Shown in pieces: positions 25,910 to 42,000 of a stretch of DNA of 64,000 nt (positions within the stretch are counted from its first letter, which is position 1; every line of letters begins with the position of its first letter). The notes below the pieces were generated by a model. That model did not search any database. It worked only from the letters and a program-made list of their open reading frames with translations, and was not told the DNA's origin. Location of the stretch: contig OZ024758.1 in assembly GCA_964016885.1 (NCBI GenBank), positions 31,558,001 through 31,622,000 on the forward strand. Reading direction: 5' to 3'. A program made the position numbers and the translations under genes. The DNA comes from Eledone cirrhosa (taxonomy: Eukaryota).

Positions 25910-28850
25910 ACAATAGATGACAGCTGGGGGAAGGTCTATGTCCTACAATAAACAATAGATGACAGCTGGGGGAAGGTCTATGTCCTACAATGGACAATAG
26001 ATGACAGCTGGGGCAAGGTCTATGTCCTACAATGGACAATAGATGACAGCTGGGGGAAGGTCTATGTCCTACAATGGACAATAGATGACAGCTGGGGCAA
26101 GGTCTATGTCCTACAATAGACAATAGATGACAGGCTGGGGGAAGGTCTATGTCCTACAATGGACATTAGATGACAGCTGGGGCAAGGTCTATGTCCTACA
26201 ATAGACAGTAGATGACAGCTGGGGCAAGGTCTATGTCCTACAATAGACAATAGATGACAGCTGGGGGAAGGTCTATGTCCTACAATGGACAATAGATGAC
26301 AGCTGGGGCAAGGTCTATGTCCTACAATAGATAATAGATGACAGCTGGGGGAAGGTCTATGTCCTACAAAAGACAATAGATGTCAGCTGGGGGAAGGTCT
26401 ATGTCCTACAATGGACAATAGATGACAGCTGGGGCAAGGTCTATGTCCTACAATAGACAATTGATGACAGCTGGGGCAAGGTCTATGTCCTACAATAGAC
26501 AATAGATGACAGCTGGGGGAAGGTCTATGTCCTACAATAGACAATAGATGTCAGCTGGGGGAAGGTCTATGTCCTACAATGGACAATAGATGACAGCTGG
26601 GGCAAGGTCTATGTCCTACAATAGACAATAGATGACAGCTGGGGCATGGTCTATGTCCTACAATAGACAATAGATGACAGCTGGGGGAAGGTCAATGTCC
26701 TACAATAGACAATAGATGTCAGCTGGGGGAAGGTCTATGTCCTACAATGGACGATAGATGACAGCTTGGGCAAGGTCTATGTCCTACAATAGACAATAGA
26801 TGTCAGCTGGGGGAAGGTCTATGTCCTACAATGGACAATAGATGACAGCTGGGGCAAGGTCTATGTCCTACAATAGACAATAGATGTCAGCTGGGGGAAG
26901 GTCTATGTCCTACAATAGACAATAGATGTCAGCTGGGGGAAGGTCTATGTCCTACAATAGACAATAGATGACAGCTGGGGGAAGGTCTATGTCCTACAAT
27001 AGACAATAGATGACAGCTGGGGGAAGGTCTATGTCCTACAATAGACAATAGATGTCAGCTGGGGGAAGGTCTATGTCCTACAATAGACAATAGATGTCAG
27101 CTGGGGGAAGGTCTATGTCCTACAATGGACAATAGATGACAGCTGGGGAAAGGTCTATGTCCTACAATGGACAATAGATGACACAGCTGGGGGAAGGTCT
27201 ATGTCCTACAGTAGACAATAGATGACAGCTGGGGCAAGGTCAATGTGCTACAATAGACAATAGATGACAGCTGGGGCAAGGTCTGTGTCCTACAATAGAC
27301 AATAGATGACATCTGGGGGAAGGTCTAGGTCCTACAATAGACAATAGATGACAGCTGGGGCAAGGTCTATGTCCTACAATAGACAATAGATGACAGCTGG
27401 GGGAAGGTCTATGTCCTACAATAAACAATAGATGACAGCTGGGGGAAGGTCTATGTCCTACAATGGACAATAGATGACAGCTGGGGCAAGGTCTATGTCC
27501 TACAATGGACAATAGATGACAGCTGGGGGAAGGTCTATGTCCTACAATGGACAATAGATGACAGCTGGGGCAAGGTCTATGTCCTACAATAGACAATAGA
27601 TGACAGCTGGGGGAAGGTCTATGTCCTACAATGGACATTAGATGACAGCTGGGGCAAGGTCTATGTCCTACAATAGACAGTAGATGACAGCTGGGGCAAG
27701 GTCTATGTCCTACAATAGACAATAGATGACAGCTGGGGGAAGGTCTATGTCCTACAATGGACAATAGATGACAGCTGGGGCAAGGTCTATGTCCTACAAT
27801 AGATAATAGATGACAGCTGGGGGAAGGTCTATGTCCTACAAAAGACAATAGATGTCAGCTGGGGGAAGGTCTATGTCCTACAATGGACAATAGATGACAG
27901 CTGGGGCAAGGTCTATGTCCTACAATAGACAATTGATGACAGCTGGGGCAAGGTCTATGTCCTACAATAGACAATAGATGACAGCTGGGGGAAGGTCTAT
28001 GTCCTACAATAGACAATAGATGTCAGCTGGGGGAAGGTCTATGTCCTACAATGGACAATAGATGACAGCTGGGGCAAGGTCTATGTCCTACAATAGACAA
28101 TAGATGACAGCTGGGGCATGGTCTATGTCCTACAATAGACAATAGATGACAGCTGGGGGAAGGTCAATGTCCTACAATAGACAATAGATGTCAGCTGGGG
28201 GAAGGTCTATGTCCTACAATGGACGATAGATGACAGCTTGGGCAAGGTCTATGTCCTACAATAGACAATAGATGTCAGCTGGGGGAAGGTCTATGTCCTA
28301 CAATGGACAATAGATGACAGCTGGGGCAAGGTCTATGTCCTACAATAGACAATAGATGTCAGCTGGGGGAAGGTCTATGTCCTACAATAGACAATAGATG
28401 TCAGCTGGGGGAAGGTCTATGTCCTACAATAGACAATAGATGACAGCTGGGGGAAGGTCTATGTCCTACAATAGACAATAGATGACAGCTGGGGGAAGGT
28501 CTATGTCCTACAATAGACAATAGATGTCAGCTGGGGGAAGGTCTATGTCCTACAATAGACAATAGATGTCAGCTGGGGGAAGGTCTATGTCCTACAATGG
28601 ACAATAGATGACAGCTGGGGAAAGGTCTATGTCCTACAATGGACAATAGATGACACAGCTGGGGGAAGGTCTATGTCCTACAGTAGACAATAGATGACAG
28701 CTGGGGCAAGGTCAATGTGCTACAATAGACAATAGATGACAGCTGGGGCAAGGTCTGTGTCCTACAATAGACAATAGATGACATCTGGGGGAAGGTCTAG
28801 GTCCTACAATAGACAATAGATGACAGCTGGGGCAAGGTCTATGTCCTACA
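25910..28850 (+). repeat. 1472-bp tandem duplication (35 monomers) inside the 9.6-kb HOR; it recurs at about 35540-38480 and 45550-48490
   Basis: The marker CAAAAGAC is at 26367 and 27839. ORF ends 26376/27848, 36004/37476 and 46014/47486 all differ by 1472. Confidence 0.85.
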
Positions 28851-31399
28851 ATAGACAATAGATGTCAGCTGGGGCAAGGTCTATGTCCTACAATGGACAA
28901 TAGATGACACAGCTGGGGGAAGGTCTATGTCCTACAATAGACAATAGATGACAGCTGGGAGAAGGTCAAAGTCCTACAATAGACAATCGATGACAGCTGG
29001 GGCAAGGCCTATCTCCTACAATAGACAATAGATGACAGCTGGGGCAAGGTCTATGTCCTACAATAGACAATAGATGACAGCTGGGGGAAGGTCTATGTCC
29101 TACAATAGACAATAGATGACAGCTGGGGCAAGGTCTATGTCCTACAATGGACAATAGATGACACAGCTGGGGGAAGGTCTATGTCCTACAATAGACAATA
29201 GATGACAGCTGGGGGAAGGTCTATGTCCTACAATAGACAATAGATGACAGCTGGGGGAAGGTCTATGTCCTACAATAGACAATAGATGACAGCTGGGGGA
29301 AGGTCTATGTCCTACAATAGACAATAGATGACAGCTGGGGGAAGGTCTATGTCCTACAATGGACAATAGATGACACAGCTGGGAGAAGGTCTATGTCCTA
29401 CAATAGACAATAGATGACAGCTGGGAGAAGGTCTATGTCCTACAATGGACAATAGATGACAGCTGGGGGAAGGTCTATGTCCTACAATAGACAATAGATG
29501 ACAGCTGGGGGAAGGTCTATGTCCTACAATAGACAATAGATGACACAGCTGGGAGAAGGTCTATGTCCTACAATAGACAATAGATGACACAGCTGGGAGA
29601 AGATCTATGTCCTACAATAAACAATAGATGTCAGATGGGGGAAGGTCTATGTCCTACAATAGACAATAGATGACAGCTGGGGGAAGGTCTATGTCCTACA
29701 ATGGACAATAGATGTCAGCTGGAGCAAGGTCTATGTCCTACAATAGACAATAGATGACACAGCTGGGAGAAGGTCTATGTCCTACAATAGACAATAGATG
29801 ACACAGCTGGCAGAAGGTCTATGTCCTTCAATAGACAATAGATGTCAGCTGGGGGAAGGTCTATGTCCTACAATGGACAATAGCTGACACAGCTGGGAGA
29901 AGGTCTATGTCCTACAATGGACAATAGATGACACAGCTGGGGGAAGGTCTATGTCCTACAATGGACAATAGATGACACAGCTGGGAGAAGGTCTTTGTCC
30001 TACAATGGACAATAGATGACAGCTGGGGGAAGGTCTATATCCTACAATGGACAATAGATGACACAGCTGGGAGAAGGTCTATGTCCTACAATAGACAATA
30101 GATGGCAGCTGGGGGAAGGTCTATGTCCTACAATGGACAATAGATGACAAAGCTGGGAGAAGGTCTATGTCCTACAATAGACAATAGATGTCAGCTGGGG
30201 CAAGGTCTATGTCCTACAATGGACAATAGATGACACAGCTGGGGGAAGGTCTATGTCCTACAATGGACAATAGATGACAGCTGGGGGAATGTCTATGTCC
30301 TACAATGGACAATAGATGACACAGCTGGGAGAAGGTCTATGTCCTACAATGGACAATAGATGACAGCTGGGGGAAGGTCTATGTCCTACAATGGACAATA
30401 GATGTGAGCTGGGGGAAGGTCTATGTCCTACAATAGACAATAGATGACAGCTGGGGCAAGGTCTATTTCCTACAATAGACAATAGATGACAGCTGGGGGA
30501 AGGTCTATGTCCTACAATAGACAACAGATGTCAGCTGGTGGAAGGTCTATGTCCTACAATAGACAATAGATGTCAGCTGGGGGAAGGTCTATGTCCTACA
30601 ATAGACAATAGATGACAGCTGGGGGAAGGTCTATGTCTTACAATAGACAATAGATGTCAGCTGGGGGAAGGTCTATGTCCTTCAATAGACAATAGATGTC
30701 AGCTGCGGTAAGGTCTATGTCCTACAATGTACAATAGATGACACAGCTGGGAGAAGGTCTATGTCCTACAATAGACAATAGATATCAGCTGGGGGAAGGT
30801 CTATGTCCTACAATAGACAATAGATGTCAGCTGGGGGAAGGTCTATGTCCTACAATGGACAATAGATGACACAGCTGGGAGAAGGTCTATGTCCTACAAT
30901 AGACAATAGATGACAGCTGGGGCAAGGTCTATGTCCTACAATAGACAATAGATGACAGCTGGGGGAAGGTCTATGTCCTACAATAAACAATAGATGACAG
31001 CTGGGGGAAGGTCTATGTCCTACAATGGACAATAGATGACAGCTGGGGCAAGGTCTATGTCCTACAATGGACAATAGATGACAGCTGGGGGAAGGTCTAT
31101 GTCCTACAATGGACAATAGATGACAGCTGGGGCAAGGTCTATGTCCTACAATAGACAATAGATGACAGCTGGGGGAAGGTCTATGTCCTACAATGGACAT
31201 TAGATGACAGCTGGGGCAAGGTCTATGTCCTACAATAGACAGTAAATGACAGCTGGGGCAAGGTCTATGTCCTACAATAGACAATAGATGACAGCTGGGG
31301 GAAGGTCTATGTCCTACAATGGACAATAGATGACAGCTGGGGCAAGGTCTATGTCCTACAATAGATAATAGATGACAGCTGGGGGAAGGTCTATGTCCT

Positions 31400-33080
31400 A
31401 CAAAAGACAATAGATGTCAGCTGGGGGAAGGTCTATGTCCTACAATGGACAATAGATGACAGCTGGGGCAAGGTCTATGTCCTACAATAGACAATTGATG
31501 ACAGCTGGGGCAAGGTCTATGTCCTACAATAGACAATAGATGACAGCTGGGGGAAGGTCTATGTCCTACAATAGACAATAGATGTCAGCTGGGGGAAGGT
31601 CTATGTCCTACAATGGACAATAGATGACAGCTGGGGCAAGGTCTATGTCCTACAATAGACAATAGATGACAGCTGGGGCATGGTCTATGTCCTACAATAG
31701 ACAATAGATGACAGCTGGGGGAAGGTCAATGTCCTACAATAGACAATAGATGTCAGCTGGGGGAAGGTCTATGTCCTACAATGGACAATAGATGACAGCT
31801 TGGGCAAGGTCTATGTCCTACAATAGACAATAGATGTCAGCTGGGGGAAGGTCTATGTCCTACAATGGACAATAGATGACAGCTGGGGCAAGGTCTATGT
31901 CCTACAATAGACAATAGATGTCAGCTGGGGGAAGGTCTATGTCCTACAATAGACAATAGATGTCAGCTGGGGGAAGGTCTATGTCCTACAATAGACAATA
32001 GATGACAGCTGGGGGAAGGTCTATGTCCTACAATAGACAATAGATGACAGCTGGGGGAAGGTCTATGTCCTACAATAGACAATAGATGTCAGCTGGGGGA
32101 AGGTCTATGTCCTACAATAGACAATAGATGTCAGCTGGGGGAAGGTCTATGTCCTACAATGGACAATAGATGACAGCTGGGGAAAGGTCTATGTCCTACA
32201 ATGGACAATAGATGACACAGCTGGGGGAAGGTCTATGTCCTACAAAAGACAATAGATGTCAGCTGGGGGAAGGTCTATGTCCTACAATGGACAATAGATG
32301 ACAGCTGGGGCAAGGTCTATGTCCTACAATAGACAATTGATGACAGCTGGGGCAAGGTCTATGTCCTACAATAGACAATAGATGACAGCTGGGGGAAGGT
32401 CTATGTCCTACAATAGACAATAGATGTCAGCTGGGGGAAGGTCTATGTCCTACAATGGACAATAGATGACAGCTGGGGCAAGGTCTATGTCCTACAATAG
32501 ACAATAGATGACAGCTGGGGCATGGTCTATGTCCTACAATAGACAATAGATGACAGCTGGGGGAAGGTCAATGTCCTACAATAGACAATAGATGTCAGCT
32601 GGGGGAAGGTCTATGTCCTACAATGGACAATAGATGACAGCTTGGGCAAGGTCTATGTCCTACAATAGACAATAGATGTCAGCTGGGGGAAGGTCTATGT
32701 CCTACAATGGACAATAGATGACAGCTGGGGCAAGGTCTATGTCCTACAATAGACAATAGATGTCAGCTGGGGGAAGGTCTATGTCCTACGATAGACAATA
32801 GATGTCAGCTGGGGGAAGGTCTATGTCCTACAATAGACAATAGATGACAGCTGGGGGAAGGTCTATGTCCTACAATAGACAATAGATGACAGCTGGGGGA
32901 AGGTCTATGTCCTACAATAGACAATAGATGTCAGCTGGGGGAAGGTCTATGTCCTACAATAGACAATAGATGTCAGCTGGGGGAAGGTCTATGTCCTACA
33001 ATGGACAATAGATGACAGCTGGGGAAAGGTCTATGTCCTACAATGGACAATAGATGACACAGCTGGGGGAAGGTCTATGT
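31400..33080 (+). repeat. 842-bp tandem duplication (20 monomers) inside the 4132-bp unit; it recurs in later copies
   Basis: The string CAAAAG, CAATTG, GGCATGG, GGTCAATG, GCTTGGG starts at 31401 and again at 32243. Confidence 0.85.
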
Positions 33081-36000
33081 CCTACAGTAGACAATAGATG
33101 ACAGCTGGGGCAAGGTCTATGTCCTACAATAGACAATAGATGACAGCTGGGGCAAGGTCTATGTCCTACAATAGACAATAGATGACATCTGGGGGAAGGT
33201 CTATGTCCTACAATAGACAATAGATGACAGCTGGGGCAAGGTCTATGTCCTACAATAGACAATAGATGTCAGCTGGGGCAAGGTCTATGTCCTACAATGG
33301 ACAATAGATGACACAGCTGGGGGAAGGTCTATGTCCTACAATAGACAATAGATGACAGCTGGGAGAAGGTCTATGTCCTACAATAGACAATAGATGACAG
33401 CTGGGGGAAGGTCTATGTCCTACAATAGACAATAGATGACAGCTGGGGGAAGGTCTATGTCCTACAATGGACAATAGATGACACAGCTGGGAGAAGGTCT
33501 ATGTCCTACAATAGACAATAGATGACAGCTGGGAGAAGGTCTATGTCCTACAATGGACAATAGATGACAGCTGGGGGAAGGTCTATGTCCTACAATAGAC
33601 AATAGATGACAGCTGGGGGAAGGTCTATGTCCTACAATGGACAATAGATGACACAGCTGGGAGAAGGTCTATGTCCTACAATAGACAATAGATGACAGCT
33701 GGGAGAAGGTCTATGTCCTACAATGGACAATAGATGACAGCTGGGGCAAGGTCTATGTCCTACAATGGACAATAGATGACACAGCTGGGGGAAGGTCTAT
33801 GTCCTACAATAGACAATAGATGACAGCTGGGGGAAGGTCTATGTCCTACAATAGACAATAGATGACAGCTGGGGGAAGGTCTATGTCCTACAATAGACAA
33901 TAGATGACAGCTGGGGGAAGGTCTATGTCCTACAATGGACAATAGATGACAGCTGGGGGAAGGTCTATGTCCTACAATGGACAATAGATGACAGCTGGGG
34001 CAAGGTCTATGTCCTACAATAGACAATAGATGACAGCTGGGGGAAGGTCTATGTCCTACAATGGACATTAGATGACAGCTGGGGCAAGGTCTATGTCCTA
34101 CAATAGACAGTAGATGACAGCTGGGGCAAGGTCTATGTCCTACAATAGACAATAGATGACAGCTGGGGGAAGGTCTATGTCCTACAATGGACAATAGATG
34201 ACAGCTGGGGCAAGGTCTATGTCCTACAATAGATAATAGATGACAGCTGGGGGAAGGTCTATGTCCTACAAAAGACAATAGATGTCAGCTGGGGGAAGGT
34301 CTATGTCCTACAATGGACAATAGATGACAGCTGGGGCAAGGTCTATGTCCTACAATAGACAATTGATGACAGCTGGGGCAAGGTCTATGTCCTACAATAG
34401 ACAATAGATGACAGCTGGGGGAAGGTCTATGTCCTACAATAGACAATAGATGTCAGCTGGGGGAAGGTCTATGTCCTACAATGGACAATAGATGACAGCT
34501 GGGGCAAGGTCTATGTCCTACAATAGACAATAGATGACAGCTGGGGCATGGTCTATGTCCTACAATAGACAATAGATGACAGCTGGGGCAAGGTCTATGT
34601 CCTACAATAGACAATAGATGACAGCTGGGGGAAGGTCTATGTCCTACAATAGACAACAGATGTCAGCTGGTGGAAGGTCTATGTCCTACAATAGACAATA
34701 GATGTCAGCTGGGGGAAGGTCTATGTCCTACAATAGACAATAGATGACAGCTGGGGGAAGGTCTATGTCTTACAATAGACAATAGATGTCAGCTGGGGGA
34801 AGGTCTATGTCCTTCAATAGACAATAGATGTCAGCTGGGGTAAGGTCTATGTCCTACAATGTACAATAGATGACACAGCTGGGAGAAGGTCTATGTCCTA
34901 CAATAGACAATAGATATCAGCTGGGGGAAGGTCTATGTCCTACAATAGACAATAGATGTCAGCTGGGGGAAGGTCTATGTCCTACAATGGACAATAGATG
35001 ACACAGCTGGGAGAAGGTCTATGTCCTACAATAGACAATAGATGACAGCTGGGGCAAGGTCTATGTCCTACAATAGACAATAGATGACAGCTGGGGGAAG
35101 GTCTATGTCCTACAATAAACAATAGATGACAGCTGGGGGAAGGTCTATGTCCTACAATGGACAATAGATGACAGCTGGGGCAAGGTCTATGTCCTACAAT
35201 GGACAATAGATGACAGCTGGGGGAAGGTCTATGTCCTACAATGGACAATAGATGACAGCTGGGGCAAGGTCTATGTCCTACAATAGACAATAGATGACAG
35301 CTGGGGGAAGGTCTATGTCCTACAATGGACATTAGATGACAGCTGGGGCAAGGTCTATGTCCTACAATAGACAGTAAATGACAGCTGGGGCAAGGTCTAT
35401 GTCCTACAATAGACAATAGATGACAGCTGGGGGAAGGTCTATGTCCTACAATGGACAATAGATGACAGCTGGGGCAAGGTCTATGTCCTACAATAGATAA
35501 TAGATGACAGCTGGGGGAAGGTCTATGTCCTACAATAGACAATAGATGACAGCTGGGGGAAGGTCTATGTCCTACAATAAACAATAGATGACAGCTGGGG
35601 GAAGGTCTATGTCCTACAATGGACAATAGATGACAGCTGGGGCAAGGTCTATGTCCTACAATGGACAATAGATGACAGCTGGGGGAAGGTCTATGTCCTA
35701 CAATGGACAATAGATGACAGCTGGGGCAAGGTCTATGTCCTACAATAGACAATAGATGACAGCTGGGGGAAGGTCTATGTCCTACAATGGACATTAGATG
35801 ACAGCTGGGGCAAGGTCTATGTCCTACAATAGACAGTAGATGACAGCTGGGGCAAGGTCTATGTCCTACAATAGACAATAGATGACAGCTGGGGGAAGGT
35901 CTATGTCCTACAATGGACAATAGATGACAGCTGGGGCAAGGTCTATGTCCTACAATAGATAATAGATGACAGCTGGGGGAAGGTCTATGTCCTACAAAAG

Positions 36001-39000
36001 ACAATAGATGTCAGCTGGGGGAAGGTCTATGTCCTACAATGGACAATAGATGACAGCTGGGGCAAGGTCTATGTCCTACAATAGACAATTGATGACAGCT
36101 GGGGCAAGGTCTATGTCCTACAATAGACAATAGATGACAGCTGGGGGAAGGTCTATGTCCTACAATAGACAATAGATGTCAGCTGGGGGAAGGTCTATGT
36201 CCTACAATGGACAATAGATGACAGCTGGGGCAAGGTCTATGTCCTACAATAGACAATAGATGACAGCTGGGGCATGGTCTATGTCCTACAATAGACAATA
36301 GATGACAGCTGGGGGAAGGTCAATGTCCTACAATAGACAATAGATGTCAGCTGGGGGAAGGTCTATGTCCTACAATGGACGATAGATGACAGCTTGGGCA
36401 AGGTCTATGTCCTACAATAGACAATAGATGTCAGCTGGGGGAAGGTCTATGTCCTACAATGGACAATAGATGACAGCTGGGGCAAGGTCTATGTCCTACA
36501 ATAGACAATAGATGTCAGCTGGGGGAAGGTCTATGTCCTACAATAGACAATAGATGTCAGCTGGGGGAAGGTCTATGTCCTACAATAGACAATAGATGAC
36601 AGCTGGGGGAAGGTCTATGTCCTACAATAGACAATAGATGACAGCTGGGGGAAGGTCTATGTCCTACAATAGACAATAGATGTCAGCTGGGGGAAGGTCT
36701 ATGTCCTACAATAGACAATAGATGTCAGCTGGGGGAAGGTCTATGTCCTACAATGGACAATAGATGACAGCTGGGGAAAGGTCTATGTCCTACAATGGAC
36801 AATAGATGACACAGCTGGGGGAAGGTCTATGTCCTACAGTAGACAATAGATGACAGCTGGGGCAAGGTCAATGTGCTACAATAGACAATAGATGACAGCT
36901 GGGGCAAGGTCTGTGTCCTACAATAGACAATAGATGACATCTGGGGGAAGGTCTAGGTCCTACAATAGACAATAGATGACAGCTGGGGCAAGGTCTATGT
37001 CCTACAATAGACAATAGATGACAGCTGGGGGAAGGTCTATGTCCTACAATAAACAATAGATGACAGCTGGGGGAAGGTCTATGTCCTACAATGGACAATA
37101 GATGACAGCTGGGGCAAGGTCTATGTCCTACAATGGACAATAGATGACAGCTGGGGGAAGGTCTATGTCCTACAATGGACAATAGATGACAGCTGGGGCA
37201 AGGTCTATGTCCTACAATAGACAATAGATGACAGCTGGGGGAAGGTCTATGTCCTACAATGGACATTAGATGACAGCTGGGGCAAGGTCTATGTCCTACA
37301 ATAGACAGTAGATGACAGCTGGGGCAAGGTCTATGTCCTACAATAGACAATAGATGACAGCTGGGGGAAGGTCTATGTCCTACAATGGACAATAGATGAC
37401 AGCTGGGGCAAGGTCTATGTCCTACAATAGATAATAGATGACAGCTGGGGGAAGGTCTATGTCCTACAAAAGACAATAGATGTCAGCTGGGGGAAGGTCT
37501 ATGTCCTACAATGGACAATAGATGACAGCTGGGGCAAGGTCTATGTCCTACAATAGACAATTGATGACAGCTGGGGCAAGGTCTATGTCCTACAATAGAC
37601 AATAGATGACAGCTGGGGGAAGGTCTATGTCCTACAATAGACAATAGATGTCAGCTGGGGGAAGGTCTATGTCCTACAATGGACAATAGATGACAGCTGG
37701 GGCAAGGTCTATGTCCTACAATAGACAATAGATGACAGCTGGGGCATGGTCTATGTCCTACAATAGACAATAGATGACAGCTGGGGGAAGGTCAATGTCC
37801 TACAATAGACAATAGATGTCAGCTGGGGGAAGGTCTATGTCCTACAATGGACGATAGATGACAGCTTGGGCAAGGTCTATGTCCTACAATAGACAATAGA
37901 TGTCAGCTGGGGGAAGGTCTATGTCCTACAATGGACAATAGATGACAGCTGGGGCAAGGTCTATGTCCTACAATAGACAATAGATGTCAGCTGGGGGAAG
38001 GTCTATGTCCTACAATAGACAATAGATGTCAGCTGGGGGAAGGTCTATGTCCTACAATAGACAATAGATGACAGCTGGGGGAAGGTCTATGTCCTACAAT
38101 AGACAATAGATGACAGCTGGGGGAAGGTCTATGTCCTACAATAGACAATAGATGTCAGCTGGGGGAAGGTCTATGTCCTACAATAGACAATAGATGTCAG
38201 CTGGGGGAAGGTCTATGTCCTACAATGGACAATAGATGACAGCTGGGGAAAGGTCTATGTCCTACAATGGACAATAGATGACACAGCTGGGGGAAGGTCT
38301 ATGTCCTACAGTAGACAATAGATGACAGCTGGGGCAAGGTCAATGTGCTACAATAGACAATAGATGACAGCTGGGGCAAGGTCTGTGTCCTACAATAGAC
38401 AATAGATGACATCTGGGGGAAGGTCTAGGTCCTACAATAGACAATAGATGACAGCTGGGGCAAGGTCTATGTCCTACAATAGACAATAGATGTCAGCTGG
38501 GGCAAGGTCTATGTCCTACAATGGACAATAGATGACACAGCTGGGGGAAGGTCTATGTCCTACAATAGACAATAGATGACAGCTGGGAGAAGGTCAAAGT
38601 CCTACAATAGACAATCGATGACAGCTGGGGCAAGGCCTATCTCCTACAATAGACAATAGATGACAGCTGGGGCAAGGTCTATGTCCTACAATAGACAATA
38701 GATGACAGCTGGGGGAAGGTCTATGTCCTACAATAGACAATAGATGACAGCTGGGGCAAGGTCTATGTCCTACAATGGACAATAGATGACACAGCTGGGG
38801 GAAGGTCTATGTCCTACAATAGACAATAGATGACAGCTGGGGGAAGGTCTATGTCCTACAATAGACAATAGATGACAGCTGGGGGAAGGTCTATGTCCTA
38901 CAATAGACAATAGATGACAGCTGGGGGAAGGTCTATGTCCTACAATAGACAATAGATGACAGCTGGGGGAAGGTCTATGTCCTACAATGGACAATAGATG

Positions 39001-42000
39001 ACACAGCTGGGAGAAGGTCTATGTCCTACAATAGACAATAGATGACAGCTGGGAGAAGGTCTATGTCCTACAATGGACAATAGATGACAGCTGGGGGAAG
39101 GTCTATGTCCTACAATAGACAATAGATGACAGCTGGGGGAAGGTCTATGTCCTACAATAGACAATAGATGACACAGCTGGGAGAAGGTCTATGTCCTACA
39201 ATAGACAATAGATGACACAGCTGGGAGAAGATCTATGTCCTACAATAAACAATAGATGTCAGATGGGGGAAGGTCTATGTCCTACAATAGACAATAGATG
39301 ACAGCTGGGGGAAGGTCTATGTCCTACAATGGACAATAGATGTCAGCTGGAGCAAGGTCTATGTCCTACAATAGACAATAGATGACACAGCTGGGAGAAG
39401 GTCTATGTCCTACAATAGACAATAGATGACACAGCTGGCAGAAGGTCTATGTCCTTCAATAGACAATAGATGTCAGCTGGGGGAAGGTCTATGTCCTACA
39501 ATGGACAATAGCTGACACAGCTGGGAGAAGGTCTATGTCCTACAATGGACAATAGATGACACAGCTGGGGGAAGGTCTATGTCCTACAATGGACAATAGA
39601 TGACACAGCTGGGAGAAGGTCTTTGTCCTACAATGGACAATAGATGACAGCTGGGGGAAGGTCTATATCCTACAATGGACAATAGATGACACAGCTGGGA
39701 GAAGGTCTATGTCCTACAATAGACAATAGATGGCAGCTGGGGGAAGGTCTATGTCCTACAATGGACAATAGATGACAAAGCTGGGAGAAGGTCTATGTCC
39801 TACAATAGACAATAGATGTCAGCTGGGGCAAGGTCTATGTCCTACAATGGACAATAGATGACACAGCTGGGGGAAGGTCTATGTCCTACAATGGACAATA
39901 GATGACAGCTGGGGGAATGTCTATGTCCTACAATGGACAATAGATGACACAGCTGGGAGAAGGTCTATGTCCTACAATGGACAATAGATGACAGCTGGGG
40001 GAAGGTCTATGTCCTACAATGGACAATAGATGTGAGCTGGGGGAAGGTCTATGTCCTACAATAGACAATAGATGACAGCTGGGGCAAGGTCTATTTCCTA
40101 CAATAGACAATAGATGACAGCTGGGGGAAGGTCTATGTCCTACAATAGACAACAGATGTCAGCTGGTGGAAGGTCTATGTCCTACAATAGACAATAGATG
40201 TCAGCTGGGGGAAGGTCTATGTCCTACAATAGACAATAGATGACAGCTGGGGGAAGGTCTATGTCTTACAATAGACAATAGATGTCAGCTGGGGGAAGGT
40301 CTATGTCCTTCAATAGACAATAGATGTCAGCTGGGGTAAGGTCTATGTCCTACAATGTACAATAGATGACACAGCTGGGAGAAGGTCTATGTCCTACAAT
40401 AGACAATAGATATCAGCTGGGGGAAGGTCTATGTCCTACAATAGACAATAGATGTCAGCTGGGGGAAGGTCTATGTCCTACAATGGACAATAGATGACAC
40501 AGCTGGGAGAAGGTCTATGTCCTACAATAGACAATAGATGACAGCTGGGGCAAGGTCTATGTCCTACAATAGACAATAGATGACAGCTGGGGGAAGGTCT
40601 ATGTCCTACAATAAACAATAGATGACAGCTGGGGGAAGGTCTATGTCCTACAATGGACAATAGATGACAGCTGGGGCAAGGTCTATGTCCTACAATGGAC
40701 AATAGATGACAGCTGGGGGAAGGTCTATGTCTTACAATAGACAATAGATGTCAGCTGGGGGAAGGTCTATGTCCTTCAATAGACAATAGATGTCAGCTGG
40801 GGTAAGGTCTATGTCCTACAATGTACAATAGATGACACAGCTGGGAGAAGGTCTATGTCCTACAATAGACAATAGATATCAGCTGGGGGAAGGTCTATGT
40901 CCTACAATAGACAATAGATGTCAGCTGGGGGAAGGTCTATGTCCTACAATGGACAATAGATGACACAGCTGGGAGAAGGTCTATGTCCTACAATAGACAA
41001 TAGATGACAGCTGGGGCAAGGTCTATGTCCTACAATAGACAATAGATGACAGCTGGGGGAAGGTCTATGTCCTACAATAAACAATAGATGACAGCTGGGG
41101 GAAGGTCTATGTCCTACAATGGACAATAGATGACAGCTGGGGCAAGGTCTATGTCCTACAATGGACAATAGATGACAGCTGGGGGAAGGTCTATGTCCTA
41201 CAATGGACAATAGATGACAGCTGGGGCAAGGTCTATGTCCTACAATAGACAATAGATGACAGCTGGGGGAAGGTCTATGTCCTACAATGGACATTAGATG
41301 ACAGCTGGGGCAAGGTCTATGTCCTACAATAGACAGTAAATGACAGCTGGGGCAAGGTCTATGTCCTACAATAGACAATAGATGACAGCTGGGGGAAGGT
41401 CTATGTCCTACAATGGACAATAGATGACAGCTGGGGCAAGGTCTATGTCCTACAATAGATAATAGATGACAGCTGGGGGAAGGTCTATGTCCTACAATGG
41501 ACAATAGATGACAGCTGGGGCAAGGTCTATGTCCTACAATAGACAATAGATGACAGCTGGGGGAAGGTCTATGTCCTACAATAGACAATAGATGTCAGCT
41601 GGGGGAAGGTCTATGTCCTACAATGGACAATAGATGACAGCTGGGGCAAGGTCTATGTCCTACAATAGACAATAGATGACAGCTGGGGCATGGTCTATGT
41701 CCTACAATAGACAATAGATGACAGCTGGGGGAAGGTCAATGTCCTACAATAGACAATAGATGTCAGCTGGGGGAAGGTCTATGTCCTACAATGGACAATA
41801 GATGACAGCTTGGGCAAGGTCTATGTCCTACAATAGACAATAGATGTCAGCTGGGGGAAGGTCTATGTCCTACAATGGACAATAGATGACAGCTGGGGCA
41901 AGGTCTATGTCCTACAATAGACAATAGATGTCAGCTGGGGGAAGGTCTATGTCCTACAATAGACAATAGATGTCAGCTGGGGGAAGGTCTATGTCCTACA

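Noticed and set aside
26128-26140. 1-bp insertion (CAGGCTG) shifting the ORF frame
   Set aside because: It is a singleton absent from the sister HOR copies, so it is a private mutation or sequencing error rather than a programmed frameshift.
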